A DNA stretch of 64,000 nucleotides, taken from contig JASANG010001204.1 in the NCBI GenBank assembly GCA_030248215.1, positions 248,001 to 312,000 of the forward strand, in the 5' to 3' direction. Under the pieces are notes generated by a model that saw only the letters and a list, made by a program, of their open reading frames with translations, was not told where the DNA came from and searched no databases. Position numbers and translations under genes: made by a program. Positions 44,001 to 57,533 of this stretch are shown in pieces. Every line of letters begins with the position of its first letter. Within the stretch, counting starts at the first letter, position 1. The stretch comes from Enoplolaimus lenunculus. Lineage: Eukaryota.

Positions 44001-45067
44001 ATGGTATTGTACCGTTGCTTTTATCCCATTCATGATAAAGTAAAAACTTGAATAAATATATATAAAAGTTCTCTTCATGGAGTTTGAAGTCTATTCGTGA
44101 GCGTCCAAAAGATCTTCGTATCCATGGCAATGATTATGGTCTGATTATGCTTCCAAATTTTTATACCTAGGCTCAGCCTTACGGTTATGTTCAGGTTTAG
44201 GCTTAGACTTAATCTTAGGCTTACGTTTAGGTTAAGGTAAACGCGCATGCAAAGGATTAGGCTTTTGCTCGGGCAGCCTTTTTCGAAACCTAAGCCTATG
44301 CCTAAGCCTAAGGTTGTGTCTTAGCCTAAGTTTGTGTGGGAAAGTGTTAACGAGCCCGAATAGGCACCGTTATAGGCGGAATTACATTCTCATGTCGTAA
44401 AGGTACATGGTATATTGCCATCACAAATTTAAATTTGTTGCATCTATCCCTATGTAAGCGAGAAACCAGACTTAAATTCTCCTAAAACAGCGATTTTAAA
44501 TGTTTTCGGCAAAAATTGTGAATATCAGGTTGTATGTTTGACTATAATTTAAAAAATCCCACCGGTACACAAAATATAAAATGGTACTGAACCAAGTTTA
44601 CCTAATAACACAAAAAAACGCCAAAAACACTCGTCAAAAATAGGTAAAAAAGCTTAAAATAGCATTATAAAAAGTATTTTAAATCAAATTCAAAACCGTT
44701 TTTAAATCGTGTCGCAAAAGCGTTGCAAATTTATTCATAAGATTCAACGACAAAGCGGTTTATTTCCACCCTGAGAGGTTTTGCGCAAAAAAATAAAAGT
44801 CTAGGGTCGTCAGTTTCTATTTGAGTCAACATTTGACTTTTAGTTGGCAATAGTAAACCAAATAAATAACATGCAATAATCTCATTGTATGAGCGTTTCA
44901 CACTAACATACTGCAGTTAGGCGTGAGATTAATACATATTTCTGTTAGCGGGGCAAGTTTTTCAATAAAATTGAGGAAAGCCATGTAATTTTAAGACATT
45001 GTTCAAGTCACATTCAGTTTAATAGTCTTAAGGTAAAGCGTCCACGCTGAATGAAGAAACCGTAATA

Positions 45068-45445
45068 TCAAAATACAATATTAAACTTCACAAACAAAAC
45101 AAACAAGAAACAAGAACATAAAACAAAAACAAATACAAAACCGAAAACCAAAAACAATATAAAAAACAAAACAGAAAATGAAAAATAATAAAACAAAAGC
45201 ACAGAACGCAAAACAGAAAGTGCAAAATAATAAAACAAAGCAAAACACAATTAAGAACACAAACAAAAACATTTAACAAAAACCAACTCGGGCACAAAAG
45301 CTGAAATTGTAACAAAAAACAAACCAAAAACAAAACCAGAAACTGAAACAAAACCAAAAACAAAAACCAAATAAAACGAAACACTCAAAAAACCACACAA
45401 AACAAAAACAGGAAAACAAAAAGATAAACAAAAAAACTGAAAATG
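45068..45445. repeat. Low-complexity (AAAAC)n-like tract
   Basis: Almost only A and C on the + strand; generates three spurious F/V/C-rich ORFs. Confidence 0.9.
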
Positions 45446-48400
45446 ACTATTGTAGGTACTTTTCAGCTTTCATGATAAAACGATTAAGACTACTACGATT
45501 AAGAATATTGAACTCATAGGATACGCACTGTTGATTTGCATATCAACAAACCGGTGTTGTATATTCCCACGCCTTACTACGTTCTCTGACGGTCCGAGAA
45601 CGGTTCAAGGAAAACCGCTAGAAAAATATGTTAATATTCGAAGGAAACAAAATTTTTGTTTTAGCCAGTTTATAATTGTAAATTAATGAAAAATTCCAAA
45701 ATGTTATGGAATTCAATCACATTGAGTAGTTTCTAAAACAGACATCGTTTTGCGGTTATTTTATTGTTTTAATTTGTCGTATATGAAAGAAAAATGCAAA
45801 AGGTGTTTCGCGTTTTGATAAAAGCATTTAATGTTGATGAAAAAAATAGTGTTACTTATAATAGCCTTAATAGCGGTTACGCTAGAACATTCTGAAAGAT
45901 GCTGTTTGAAACGGGAAAACTGGGCTAAAAATTGGTTTTGATACGATTCCTAACTTTGAAGCGAGTGCAGCTGCACGCTCCTGGCTTCTTTCGCGCATTC
46001 CACCACACCGGAATTTTAGATGTCGAAAAAACATTTTCGCTCGTAAGCGCAAAACGCGAATTTAGCTTTTACAGAGGATATACACAATACCGTCCAGAAG
46101 TAAAGTCTTGTCAAGGCGCATGGTGCCTCGTGACCATGTACACATCAATGATAGAACTCGCTTGGACTGAATGAAAATGTGGCCGCTCTAAATATGCCAT
46201 TCTGTATGTTTCCGCCTCTTTACCTTTCGTTTACAAAACGAAACGCTTTCAATTATAATTCATCGCTTTCTCGCAACGTTTTCTGACACCAAATTTTCCG
46301 TTCACAAAACCTAAAACAGTCAACGTTAATTTGAAATGCGCTTGGTTTAATAACAACATTCTATATATTATGTATAAATAAAATAAATCTTATATGGAAA
46401 ATCACTTGCGTGTACTATTTATCCACGCTTTTAAACCCTGCGAAAATATTGTCTGTGAAAGTAGAATAATTCAAAATTAACATGTTTATTAAAGTTTTTA
46501 GGCTTTAGATTAAGCTTGAGATACACAAAATATCGAACCCAATAGCGTTACTAAAAATCTACACCCGATAGCTTTGCGTAACGTGATTAGCTAAAACTCT
46601 TTGTTCAGGGTATAAAATCCATCAATAGCGGATGCAGAAAAGGGTGAAAATGGCCGCACGACCCTCCCCCGTCTGGATAATTTTGTAGTTAAAACAATAA
46701 GTTACGTACCTTACAAATTTTAAATTTTGAATTGTTCCTACAAATGTTATGCAGCTTATGCATCAGTTAACGTTAATATTAATAGATTTAATAAATTTTG
46801 CCTGGGTCCGCTATTTTAAAGACGCCAACAATAGTAATACAGAACAGGGCTGCAAAGCGCGTGTTGAGGGGTAAGAGGAGTATAACAACAAACGGTGGAC
46901 ATGGTAGTCCTACTTTCTTCCTTCTGGATCGCTATGCTCGTGAGGTTTTGTTCACTATTCAAATCCATTTGTGACCATACGTCACAATAAAACATGTTGA
47001 AAATCTGTTTGTGTGTGCGTAGTGGTAGAGCGTTCGCAGAATTATCAGTTGTTTTGAGAGTTCGAATCTGAGTTACGCTTACTTTTCCAGCTACTTATAA
47101 AAACGGTTTGAAGTTACTGATCGATAATATTCAAACTGACAGTTGTGTTATGTTGGACAGCTGGTGCACAGCATAGTTTTTGATTGAAAAAAAACAGCCA
47201 TGTTAAGGTTCAGTTCAAGTGACGGATATCCCCTAAACGGTATTAATGTCTGCTTTAGCTGTAGACCATCGCCGTGTTGCGTGTTTCGTCCGCTTAAAGC
47301 AACTTGACTGTATCATTTTTATAAAAAATATTGAAACCAGCTGAATTGCCGTCAAAAAATTGCCAGATACGCCGAAATACATACGTAAAAATACAAATTA
47401 TACGAAATAAAAACATTTGAGAAACGGTTGCTAATTGGTGGTTTGTTGGGTTTCCGGTTTGTTATTAACATCAAACACTATGACAAATTCAACGCTCATG
47501 CGTATTCAAGTATGATGGATGTACTCGTTAACTAAATTAAAAACTACCGTCCTAAACATATGAGGTTAATAGCTGGTTGTCAATACTGGAGGCTGCATTA
47601 GTAAACGCCTGTAATCAACCACATAGCCCGAAGGGTCTGTGGCAAGCAGACGTTCAGTCTTTTGAACCAACAAATATTTTGCAGTTGTTGCAATAGGATT
47701 TGTGACCTGATTATGGTAAAATATGTTATTGAAATAGTTTAAAATCCGCCAAAATAGACATTTCACCAAATTAAAATTGTCGCTTTCTTAAGTTTTTGAG
47801 CATACAAAAAACCTAGCGAGCGAAGTGCGCGAGAGGCACAATGTAATTTTTAAGCACCATCCGCAATCAAAACTATTAGAGTTACAAATAAAAGTCGAAT
47901 CACAATGTCTATAATTTGGAATTGAACACAAGAGTCGAGTCAAAATGAGCAAAAAGTTTCGAATTGAAAACGACTTCAACTCTGGTCAAAATATAATGAG
48001 TTAGATCAAGAGTGGAAATTGACTAGAGTGTGCAACGCTTGGGGTCAAGCATGGTACAAAATGTACGACCGGGTGTGGCGTTTTTGGCCGACGCCCCTTG
48101 TTTAGAGTTAAGAATAGTATGTTTGACGCCGCATACATAAAGTGCCGTGGTTCGCTCGGGTTATACAATGAATTTCAATTCCTGTGTGCCTTCTGTTTTA
48201 TGTGCTTACAATTCCGACTGAATATTAAGTGCTAAATATGGACTTTTCAATTCAAATGATACATAAAACTCGGACGTGTAATTGAAACTAAAATTTTCCA
48301 CCACGCCAGCAATTTTATTGTGGATGATGCATCAGTAGTTTCCGTATTTATGTATTCAAAACTATGTCATACAGTCGTGAAACCTTGAGACCGTTGCTAG

Positions 48401-49557
48401 CTAGTAACCATTAAGCCTGCTAAACTATTTGCATTTAATCTCAACTCAATACAAAGTAATTTCTGTAAAGTTCGGTAGAGTCGTATTATTTTTAGATTTA
48501 GGTGAACGGTTAATTTTGTATTGCATTTGTCATAGAAATAGCAACGCCGGTGTATTTTATTGCGTGTTCGAACGTCAGACACTATACACTTTTAGACAAT
48601 TTTTGTGGTTGTGGTGATTGGCAATGATCTGGATGGTCCCTTTGGATCGGCCAATGCTCACTGTTTAGTGTTTATTCTATGTCCGAAACGGCTAACTCTT
48701 GTTGATATCACGATAAAGTTTGCAGCCAAAACCACTTTTTAAAGATTTTCTTCCCAGCTTAAGTTAGAAAGCAAGTTAAGAATTTACGCGAACTATGTTT
48801 ATAGAACGGCTTTCAACATAATATCATGAGCTCCCCAGAAGCTCGAGCCTTTCTCCCAATTGGAGGATATATAGGACGGGTTGCGGGGCCCATGCATATA
48901 ACTGTAACTTGGAGTAATATACATGTGCAAGAGATCAGGTCCCGAACAAAACAGAACCTTCAGGGCAAGTGTTTTTCTGACCATAAACGTATTAATGCCT
49001 AATCCTTGCGACTGAACTCCTTAGCAGTTCTGTAACTGAGCTAATTTAGTTGTGTTAACATTAATTCAAGTACGCATATTTTTTCATTTAAGCGAGTACA
49101 TGTGTGGTGAATTCGCATGCGAATCTAGTCTGATTATTTTTACTGCATCGGGCTTGGTATCTACGCTTTATTTTGCCTAAACTACGTAATAGCAAACTTT
49201 TAGTATATATGAACCGATTGCGTTTGTTCTGATTTTATTAACTTATCTTTTAAAACAAACGATAATTAGGGCAAGTGCAGTTAAAACCACTGGTGTTATG
49301 GCCAAGGTGCAAGTGTATAAAACTTCTAAGCTTAAACCTAAGCCTAAATGTGACAACATTGTTCAGAAACTGTTACATATATACAGGAGCGCAACAAAGG
49401 CCGTACTAAATACTAAATATACTATGAGTTCTCAACTAAAATTCTAAAATAACTTCGAACTAAATCCTCTGTATATACAATATTCAACATGTTTTTAATT
49501 GCTACTGTTATACACTATCATTTTACGCAGTGGTGTAGCCAGAATTTCGAGAGGGTA

Positions 49558-49953
49558 CTGTAGGGACCCGAATAAGACGGGGACTGATATTTATTTGACC
49601 TCTCCAGAGGATACCCCCTGTTATCCGGTTACGCAGTGTTATTTATTTTAACCCGCCCTCCGCTGCCCTTCGTTACTGATATATATCCGATACTGCAAGT
49701 ATCCGTTGAATTAAACGTTTATTTGTCTTCATGTCAATATCTTGAGCGATAATGCAACTTAAGTACGCTTTAAAGTTTCGAACTCAACTTTATTTGGTTC
49801 TCAAGTCATTCATGCGCATCAATTATGGATAATTGACATTTATGGGCTCTAATTAGGGTTTAGGGACTCTATGCGCTTACGGACTCTTATTAGGGATACG
49901 GACTCCTATTAGTTGGGACTCAAAATGGGGCCCTCTTATTCGGGTCCCTGCAG
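49558..49953. mobile_element. MITE family B copy (inverted)
   Basis: ta-ctgtagggacccgaataaga ... tcttattcgggtccctgcag-ta. Confidence 0.85.
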
Positions 49954-51076
49954 TATAACCTAACGAAGTAACTTATTTGCAAGCGAGTGTAGCGAGTGAA
50001 ATTTATTTCGTGCCTGTAATACCAAACAGAACCCATTCCAAAGGCTGCAAAATAGTATGTTTGCTCGACTTTCACAATGTTCCTAATATCGTCCAACCAT
50101 TCCGGGTATACGCCTCTGTTGAGTATCACTTTTATCAAACTAAATTAGGCTCCCGTCTAGCTAAGTAAGCTCTGGTGTTGACGTCACCCGTATTCTTACA
50201 CGCCTTTTTATAAAGAAATCAAAAAAATGGTTTTTGTAAAGACAACTTGCTACAAAAGTATCAGCTAAATAATTGATGAAGGACAATTTTGCATTTTTAG
50301 TACTTAAAACCTGTTAAGATTATCAATTTTGGTTATATGAGCGAGTGAAACAGCGTCTCTGAAGTGAAATTTGGTAAGAAATACCCAGGCACGTGAACCC
50401 AGTAATTACTTTACCAACATGGGATATGCTAAGCACAAGCGTATACGATGAGAGATAGAGGCATATATCGCATTAGAAATTTCTGGATTGACAAGAAGAA
50501 AGTATTCTAGTTTATAGAATTTTAGGAGATAACCTTCTGGATCTTAGAGTGCAAAAATTCAATATTTCTCTCTAGCTGCACTTCGCCCCAAAAAGTGTTA
50601 TGAAACAAGGCAGTACCTTTCGAAATGAATTCCTGCCTTCTGGCTACGCACCTGGCTCACGTTCTGTACTCAAAATGTGAAGTATATTTAATCTTTTAGT
50701 GGTGTGTCACATTTCTACCGTCGGATGTATATGTAGCATTTTTTACCAATGTTACTATGGCTAATTTCGTATATGGATGTGAGAGCTAATTTCGCATTTA
50801 TTCAGTTGCTAAGCTCGACACCCGCATTTTCTATTTTTTTCACTTGCGTAAATTTCTCACCTTCTTATAGAGATAGTGTTGGCTGGCAAGGGGCGTGTGG
50901 TATTTTTAGTTGCCAAACAAGGAAAACGTAAATAAACCGGATCAGTTAAGTTATATCCTTAAGATATCAATCAAACAATACAAGCGTTAACATAACGAAA
51001 ATAAACTCGTAATAATAGTTCCGATTTAGAGGATTTTATAAATTGTTTGGTTTAATAGGATGTACAAGCGAACTTA

Positions 51077-51513
51077 CTGTATTGACCCGAATAAGAGGGA
51101 GAACATATTTATTTGGCCTCTCGAGTTACCACCCTGTCATTGGGTTACGGACTGTTACTTATTTTTGACCCGATCTCCGCCGCTCTTCTTTACTGATATA
51201 TATCCGGTGTTGTAACTATCCGTTGATTTAAACGTTTATTTCTCCTTTATCAAAAACTTGAGCGATAATGTAAGGTTATACATTGGAATGTACTTTCAAA
51301 ACTGTCTGCTTTAAAGTTTCGAACTCTGCCTTTATTTGGTCCTGCAGTCATTTTATACACTACAGTTACGAATAATTGACATTTATGGACTCTAATTATG
51401 GTTTAGGGACTCTATCCGCTTACGGACTCTTATTAGGGATACGGTCTTTTATTGATTAGGACTAAAAATGGGCATCCCCTCTTACTATTCCCCTCTTAAT
51501 CGGGTCACTACAG
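51077..51513. mobile_element. MITE family B copy (inverted)
   Basis: ta-ctgtattgacccgaataagaggg ... ccctcttaatcgggtcactacag-ta. Confidence 0.85.
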
Positions 51514-52520
51514 TAGCAGTTGACTTTCGCAATGCAACATGGAAACAATACATGTTTATCGCTACAAAAGAACTGTCATTTTCAAATTCTTATAAACACG
51601 AAAATCGGTGTAGCCACAATTTCATTTCCGGTGGGGAATAAACCTGTCGTAAAAGCAAAATATTTCGATGTCGATGGTCTACATATTATAAACCTTGTTA
51701 AAAGTACTCTTGTTTCTTGTCGCTCCAAAAATTTCACGAGGGAATGTATCATCTCCCTTGTATACGACCCTGAACACAACGTAGCCTATCATTCTCGGTT
51801 TCCCATTGCTGGCTACGCGCCGGGTTTTAGATGTAAAATTTAAATCTTTTAAAACTGAAAAACAGACGTTTGAAGTGATGCTCATTGGAATGAAACTCAA
51901 ATACTTTGACGACGACGACAATTGTTTTAATTAAAATGCAAATCAAATTGAATTTAACTATGGTGTGATGTCTCAAACGATGTAAATCAACCAGCTGACA
52001 CGGTTTGAACGTTCGATAATACACCAGAAATTTTGTTGAATAAAAACTTTTGTGACGTAAAGCATTGAAATAATTTGAAACGCTAATCATATTTATCTCT
52101 ATCTACATAGAATTAAAGCTAGAATACACCACATACCGATTTTGAGCAAGTTTCCAGCATGCTTACTTTGTTTACAATAGGTTAATAGCGCATATACGGG
52201 ATTGTTCTATAATTAGAAAATTCGCACACAGATTTTTTTGCATTTGATAACACTTTTGCGTATTGCGCAAAGTTGGACAAGTATCATTAAAGTGAGCAAT
52301 TCTCAACTGTCACCATACGTCATTTGGACATCGTTCCTGCATAAAGCAAATAAGTTTGTTTTTGTAACTTTACATCTTTTGACACTTAACACTCGTTTAG
52401 CTTCTATTAGCGGTAACGCACCCCATGGATCATGCTTCGCGCACATTTTTATGCGTTAAGTTGATTACTTTGTAAATTAGTCAAAACGGTTGCCAGGTCT
52501 ACAATTCTTAAGCTAAACGC

Positions 52521-52888
52521 CAGGGTTCAACCATAGGTGAAATATGCCGGAGCCGGAGGTCAATAAAACTTGCCAGAACCGTAGCCGGAGGTGAAGCGAC
52601 ATTTTAAGTAGTTGAAATGATGTTTAATTGGTTAATTTTAGCAGGTATCTGGAATGTGTTGCTAAATCGTTTGGTTTTCCGCTTATTTTTTTACCAAATC
52701 TTGGTAATTCATTCCTCAAAACTGTGCCAGTTGAAACGAAACGCGCCAAACAGATAACTTCTGCAAAACAATGCATAATTTCAAAACCAAATTGCCGGAA
52801 CCTACGACAAAATTTGTACCAAAACCGGAGCCGGATGTCGACTTTCTGCCAAAGCCGGAGCCGGAGCCAGATCTTCGGTTGTATCCTG
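52521..52888. mobile_element. CAGGG-ended hAT-like MITE with ccggag repeats; relatives ~12715-13065 and ~61715-62016
   Basis: cagggttcaacc ... ggttgtatcctg ends, gccggagccggag motifs; TSD not resolved. Confidence 0.6.
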
Positions 52889-54333
52889 CTAAATGCTGAA
52901 CAGCTACACATTTTCTCTGTTGTAGTAGATTATTTTGTTTTACGTTTAGATTGGATAAAAAAATATAATTAAAAATTAAATGATACAGTGCCGAAATTAT
53001 GTACCATGAGTGTTTTAGCTTTACCATATGTAATGGGCACTGAAAAATTAATGCAGTTACTAAATGAGTTTTACTAATCTGCCCTACGCGCGAAAGCCAT
53101 TACGGAAAAGCAAAAAATTTTCAAACCAGCATATTATCAAAGATTTGGTTGCAGCTGTTGTGGCTGGCAGATCCAGTGACTTTTTCAACACAATTTCAGC
53201 ACTAACGTTTTAATACAAAAGTTGGCTTTTGTCCTCTGATGGGATGATAGGCTGACTGATCCTTAAAAACCCCACAGCGGATCATGTTCGAAACATTTGA
53301 AACAATTGTTTTCTTTCATAATCAACGTACTTATATAAGAAATGCCATACAAATTATGAAATATAAAGTCGAGTACGCGTATAATATTTGCTCAAACTGT
53401 GAGATGCTAATGACAAACCAACCTATTGCCATTCACAACATACAATAATCGCTAGTCTAAAAATAAAAAGTCAACAAAGATACACATTTGTGAGGGTTTT
53501 TTATTTCAGTTCTATAAATAATAGGGTGCAATCGTAAAAACACAGACAGTCTTAATGGTGCCAGCTAATCATACCCTTTGATAGATCAACACGCTTGGAG
53601 GTTTTTCCAAAAAATTATTGGAGGGGTGTATAGTTGAGGTATTAAGGCATTACAAGTATGGTAAACCTTTCCTAGGAGTGGAAAAAATTTTTCAGGGCGA
53701 GATAAGCTGTCAATGGCCCTTTTTTTGCTGCGGACCAGCAGGTGATACAGGGACAAACAAGTAGTTTTGTATATTTTGCCAGAACCACAGAGCTTTGTTG
53801 TCATTTTTAAGATACTACTAACTGCCAAGACAAACAGTAGTCCAGTACAGACAACAGAGAAACGTCTTTAATACAGTATACAAATACTAACTGACACCGA
53901 TATTACAATTAATAACCAGACACTTAAATATAACCAGAAACGCTGGTACACAATAGCTCGTTAGACTGAAAATACAAATTTTCACAGCATTTTTTACTTA
54001 TCGGTTGCAACATTTTTAAAAGACAAAATCATTCATGGAAAAGTTTTTCAGTTACCGTTTTTATAATTATCTAGCAGTGGAGCCAGGAACAGAACCAGGA
54101 AACTAGATCTGGCTTTTTGAATTCAGTATACAGAAGTGTCAGAAAAATCCTTCTGATTTATATATTGCTGCTTCTAATAAAATGGCCTCAATTTTGGAAA
54201 TGTTGAATCCATCCCTGATAATTATCCTATTCGGATTCCAAGCAGATTGACATATAAATAGCGCGACTAACTATTTGAAACGAGATCTGTGCATAGTTGC
54301 GCGAGCTAATTTTTATTCAAAAATTTGCCTTAA

Positions 54334-54596
54334 CTCTTTCGCTCATAGAGTGTACTATGAGCAACTAAATACAATTATGTACAAGCAATAAACACACTGT
54401 GAGCAGTGTTTAACATTTATAACATATATGCGCAGTGTTAAATCTCCACAAGACGTGAGAGCCCCCTCGGGATCGAGCGTCAAGCTCCTGTAGCTCAGTG
54501 GTCATCGTAAACACCTCCCAGCCGCGAGACTGGGGTTCGAATCTCACCTTGAAATTACATCTCATGTGAAATTGCAAATATTGATGCGAGAAAGGG
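54334..54596 (+). mobile_element. TTAA-type MITE family E with best-preserved tRNA-like core
   Basis: ttaa-ctctttc ... gaaaggg-tcaa; A box tagctcagtgg 54491-54501, B box ggttcgaatct 54534-54544. Confidence 0.75.
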
Positions 54597-55913
54597 TCAA
54601 AGTTTACTGACAGTTTGTATTCGCTTAATTTTTCATTACTCAAAACACAGAACGTTGCAGAACTAATTGCAATATTGACCTGTATTTCAAATATATTACT
54701 GTGATACAGTGTTTTTTGTTATCGTGTCTTACTTTAAGAAAAATTTTGGTTTGACTTGTCTTTAATACCTGTGTCTTACTTTATGAAAAATTTTGGTTTG
54801 ACTTGTCTTCAATACCTGTTAGACGAAAATATAAACATGTCAGAAATGTGCCTAGGATGTGCTGTCCTTCCCCCGAAACCAAATTTCAGGAAAGCTTCGT
54901 GTAATATAATTTTATATCAACGCATAATTTATTGTTGTGCTCAAAATGAGTGAGTTATAGCCGATCAAAGCAGGCAATGGTTTTTAGCTATTATTGAATT
55001 GCTTGCAACGCGAGATCTTGTGAAATGCATTTGTGTCAAGCATATGCCGTGTTCCAACTGCAAATTACAACCCAAACAATGGGCGCAGTTATCAACCATT
55101 AAAACAGTGTTTATTCAGCGTAAAAACTTACAGCCAAAATGTAGAGTTCAATAGCGAGTTAATCTTGCCTAATTAACAAGATAGAATACGCATAATAAAT
55201 TTTACGCCTGTGTATGACAGATTACTACGGATATTTGGCAAAAAAATATGCAATTCTATTGAATTAAACAGAGTACAGCAATATCAAACACCAAAGTGCA
55301 GAGAGTAGTGGCTTGGCACTAATTGAACATAAATCAAATGAAATACCCCCAATAACGTGTATGAATGGCGTTACAAGACCGTTGGGCAGCTGTTTGGAGC
55401 CAATAAAAAGGCCTGAATCGAGCTAGAAAATTGTCGCTAGCCATTTAATGGAACTTTGGCGCATTAGTTTGTGTTCGAATGGTTTTTCCACATGATTCCA
55501 ATAGAGCAAACTTAAGCTTTAAACTATTTTTTTCGCTTACGCCTAAGCTTAGGCTTACCTACTCCTAGGCTTAGTTATAGGCTTATCCTTACGCTGAAGC
55601 TTTACGTTGGTGCTTTTCAGGGACTGAAATATGCTTATACTACTGTGACGCTGTTTAATATAAGATTGTCTGAATTTTAGGTTAATTTTTGAATGGATTA
55701 AATTATACCATTAAGCATACAATTGTAAAAAATATTTGCTTGTAAAATTGATAATATTAACATTGAAAATTATCTCAAACCAAGCGCTCTGTAATCTTTT
55801 TTGCATAAACTGTATCTTGAGTAACTCTTTACAAACTGTGTATATCTAAAAGAAATGCACAATGTACAGTGTTTAACAAATGATACCCATATGCGTGGCG
55901 CCAAACTTTCATA

Positions 55914-56119
55914 CACTGCAAAAAATGGTGAGTCAAATTGACTCTCTCCGAAATAGGCTTTTTCTGACTACACAAACAGAAGTCAAAATTCGACTCCGCC
56001 AGAGCCAAATTGAGTCGAATTTGACGCAAGTAGAGTCAAATTTTGACTCAGTTTGCGTAGTCAGGAAAAGCCTATTTCGGAGAGAGTCAATTTGATTTGA
56101 CTCACCATTTATTGCAGTG
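55914..56119. mobile_element. MITE family A, copy 5, nested in a degenerate family E element (~55822-56246)
   Basis: ta-cactgcaaaaaatggtgag ... ctcaccatttattgcagtg-ta; family E gtgtttaaca block on the left and gacgtgag...gagcgtcaagctc on the right. Confidence 0.88.
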
Positions 56120-57089
56120 TAGGACGTGAGTCGACCCGAGGCTGGAGCGTCAAGCTCGTATAAAAGCCGACGTGTGCTACTGGTATCCTACTTTAAATTT
56201 AATACACATCTCTCAGGGTAATTGAAAATATTCATGCAGGAAAAGATTCCTGGAAAACTTTCCGGCTTCCGTGTTTAATTTTAACAGAAATTTAACCAAA
56301 CAATTCGCTTGACCGTATTGATTGGCAGTATAGAAGTTGAAAAACTCGCAGCGAACACACAGATGACCAGTACACTACTATACGCGTTGTGTGAGCGATC
56401 AAAGGAGAAGAAAATATAATGAAACCGTTCGCACAAATGAAATATGTCAATATTAATAAACATTCAACTCAACCAGTACACATATCGTTGTTTACCTATA
56501 GTTTGTATTGTATGGTACCCCTGAAAAACTTAGAGGTCTGTCCTGGGCAATGTTGACTAAAATACACCCTACGTAACGAAAGGATATCACAGCATCGGTG
56601 TGTATACGTAATATGATATACAAGAGAGAAAGAGACAATGTGTATGTATATATGAAATGAAACAAATCTTATCGTACTGAAAACCTGGTTCAACTTATTG
56701 TTTCAAAGACAAGCAAGTGCTGTCTCTACAACAGTGTATTTGGGTTTATCTTTTGACCTCAAAACCGTGTAATTAAGGGAATTCGAACACCGTTTAGAAA
56801 CGTTTGTGCCGGCACATTTCGCTGTAGCGCACACACGAAATGCCTGAGGCAAATGCCGTTTTGAATATACCAAATAGGACACCTATGCCATGCTGATTGG
56901 TGAATTTAGAGGTTAATCATTGAGTGCCCGTAAAGCCCCGTTCATATCAGGGGTAATAAGACATTTGGCCAAATATAAAATCAAACGTGTCTTCGAGTCG
57001 GATGTCGTGTGTATCAAAGTATCGTTTTTGGTTCCGTTGACTGTAACCTGTGCACTCACATTTAGTTTTTTAACCCGGTTCTTGCCATA

Positions 57090-57533
57090 CTGTAGTTAAC
57101 CTAATAAGAGGTGGTAATAAGAGGAGGTCCCCAGTTTGAGTCCCAATCAAATGGAGTCTGCATCCCTAATAAGAATCCGTAAGCGGATAGAGCCTCTAAA
57201 CCCTAATTGGAGTCCATAAAGGTCAATTATTCCAAATTGTAACGCATAACACACTAGAGAACCAACTAAGTTCAAAACTTTAAAGCGTACTACAGTTTTG
57301 AAAGTAAGTAACATTCCAAAGTATAACCTTGCGTTATCGCTCAAGCTTTTGATGCAAGGCAAAAAACGTTTAATTCAACGGATAGTTGCAATACCGCATA
57401 TATATCAGTAAAAAAGGATGGCGGAAGGGTGGCGGAGGGCTGGTTGAAACAGTCCGTAACCGAATAACAAGGGGGGTACCCTCTGGAGAGGCCAAATAAA
57501 TATCAGTCCCGCCTCTTATTCGGGTCACTACAG
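57090..57533. mobile_element. MITE family B copy
   Basis: ta-ctgtagttaacctaataagagg ... cctcttattcgggtcactacag-ta. Confidence 0.85.

Noticed and set aside
45068..45384. Three hydrophobic ORFs resembling membrane proteins
   Set aside because: Translation of a low-complexity AAAAC tract.
46075..46174. Plus-strand segment GYTQYRPEVKSCQGAWCLVT as a second Cys-rich gene
   Set aside because: No partner exons or recognisable motif set found.
48805..49002. Open plus-strand frame after an acceptor-like site (NGFQHNIMSSPEARAF...)
   Set aside because: No recognisable homology or linked exons; cannot be supported.
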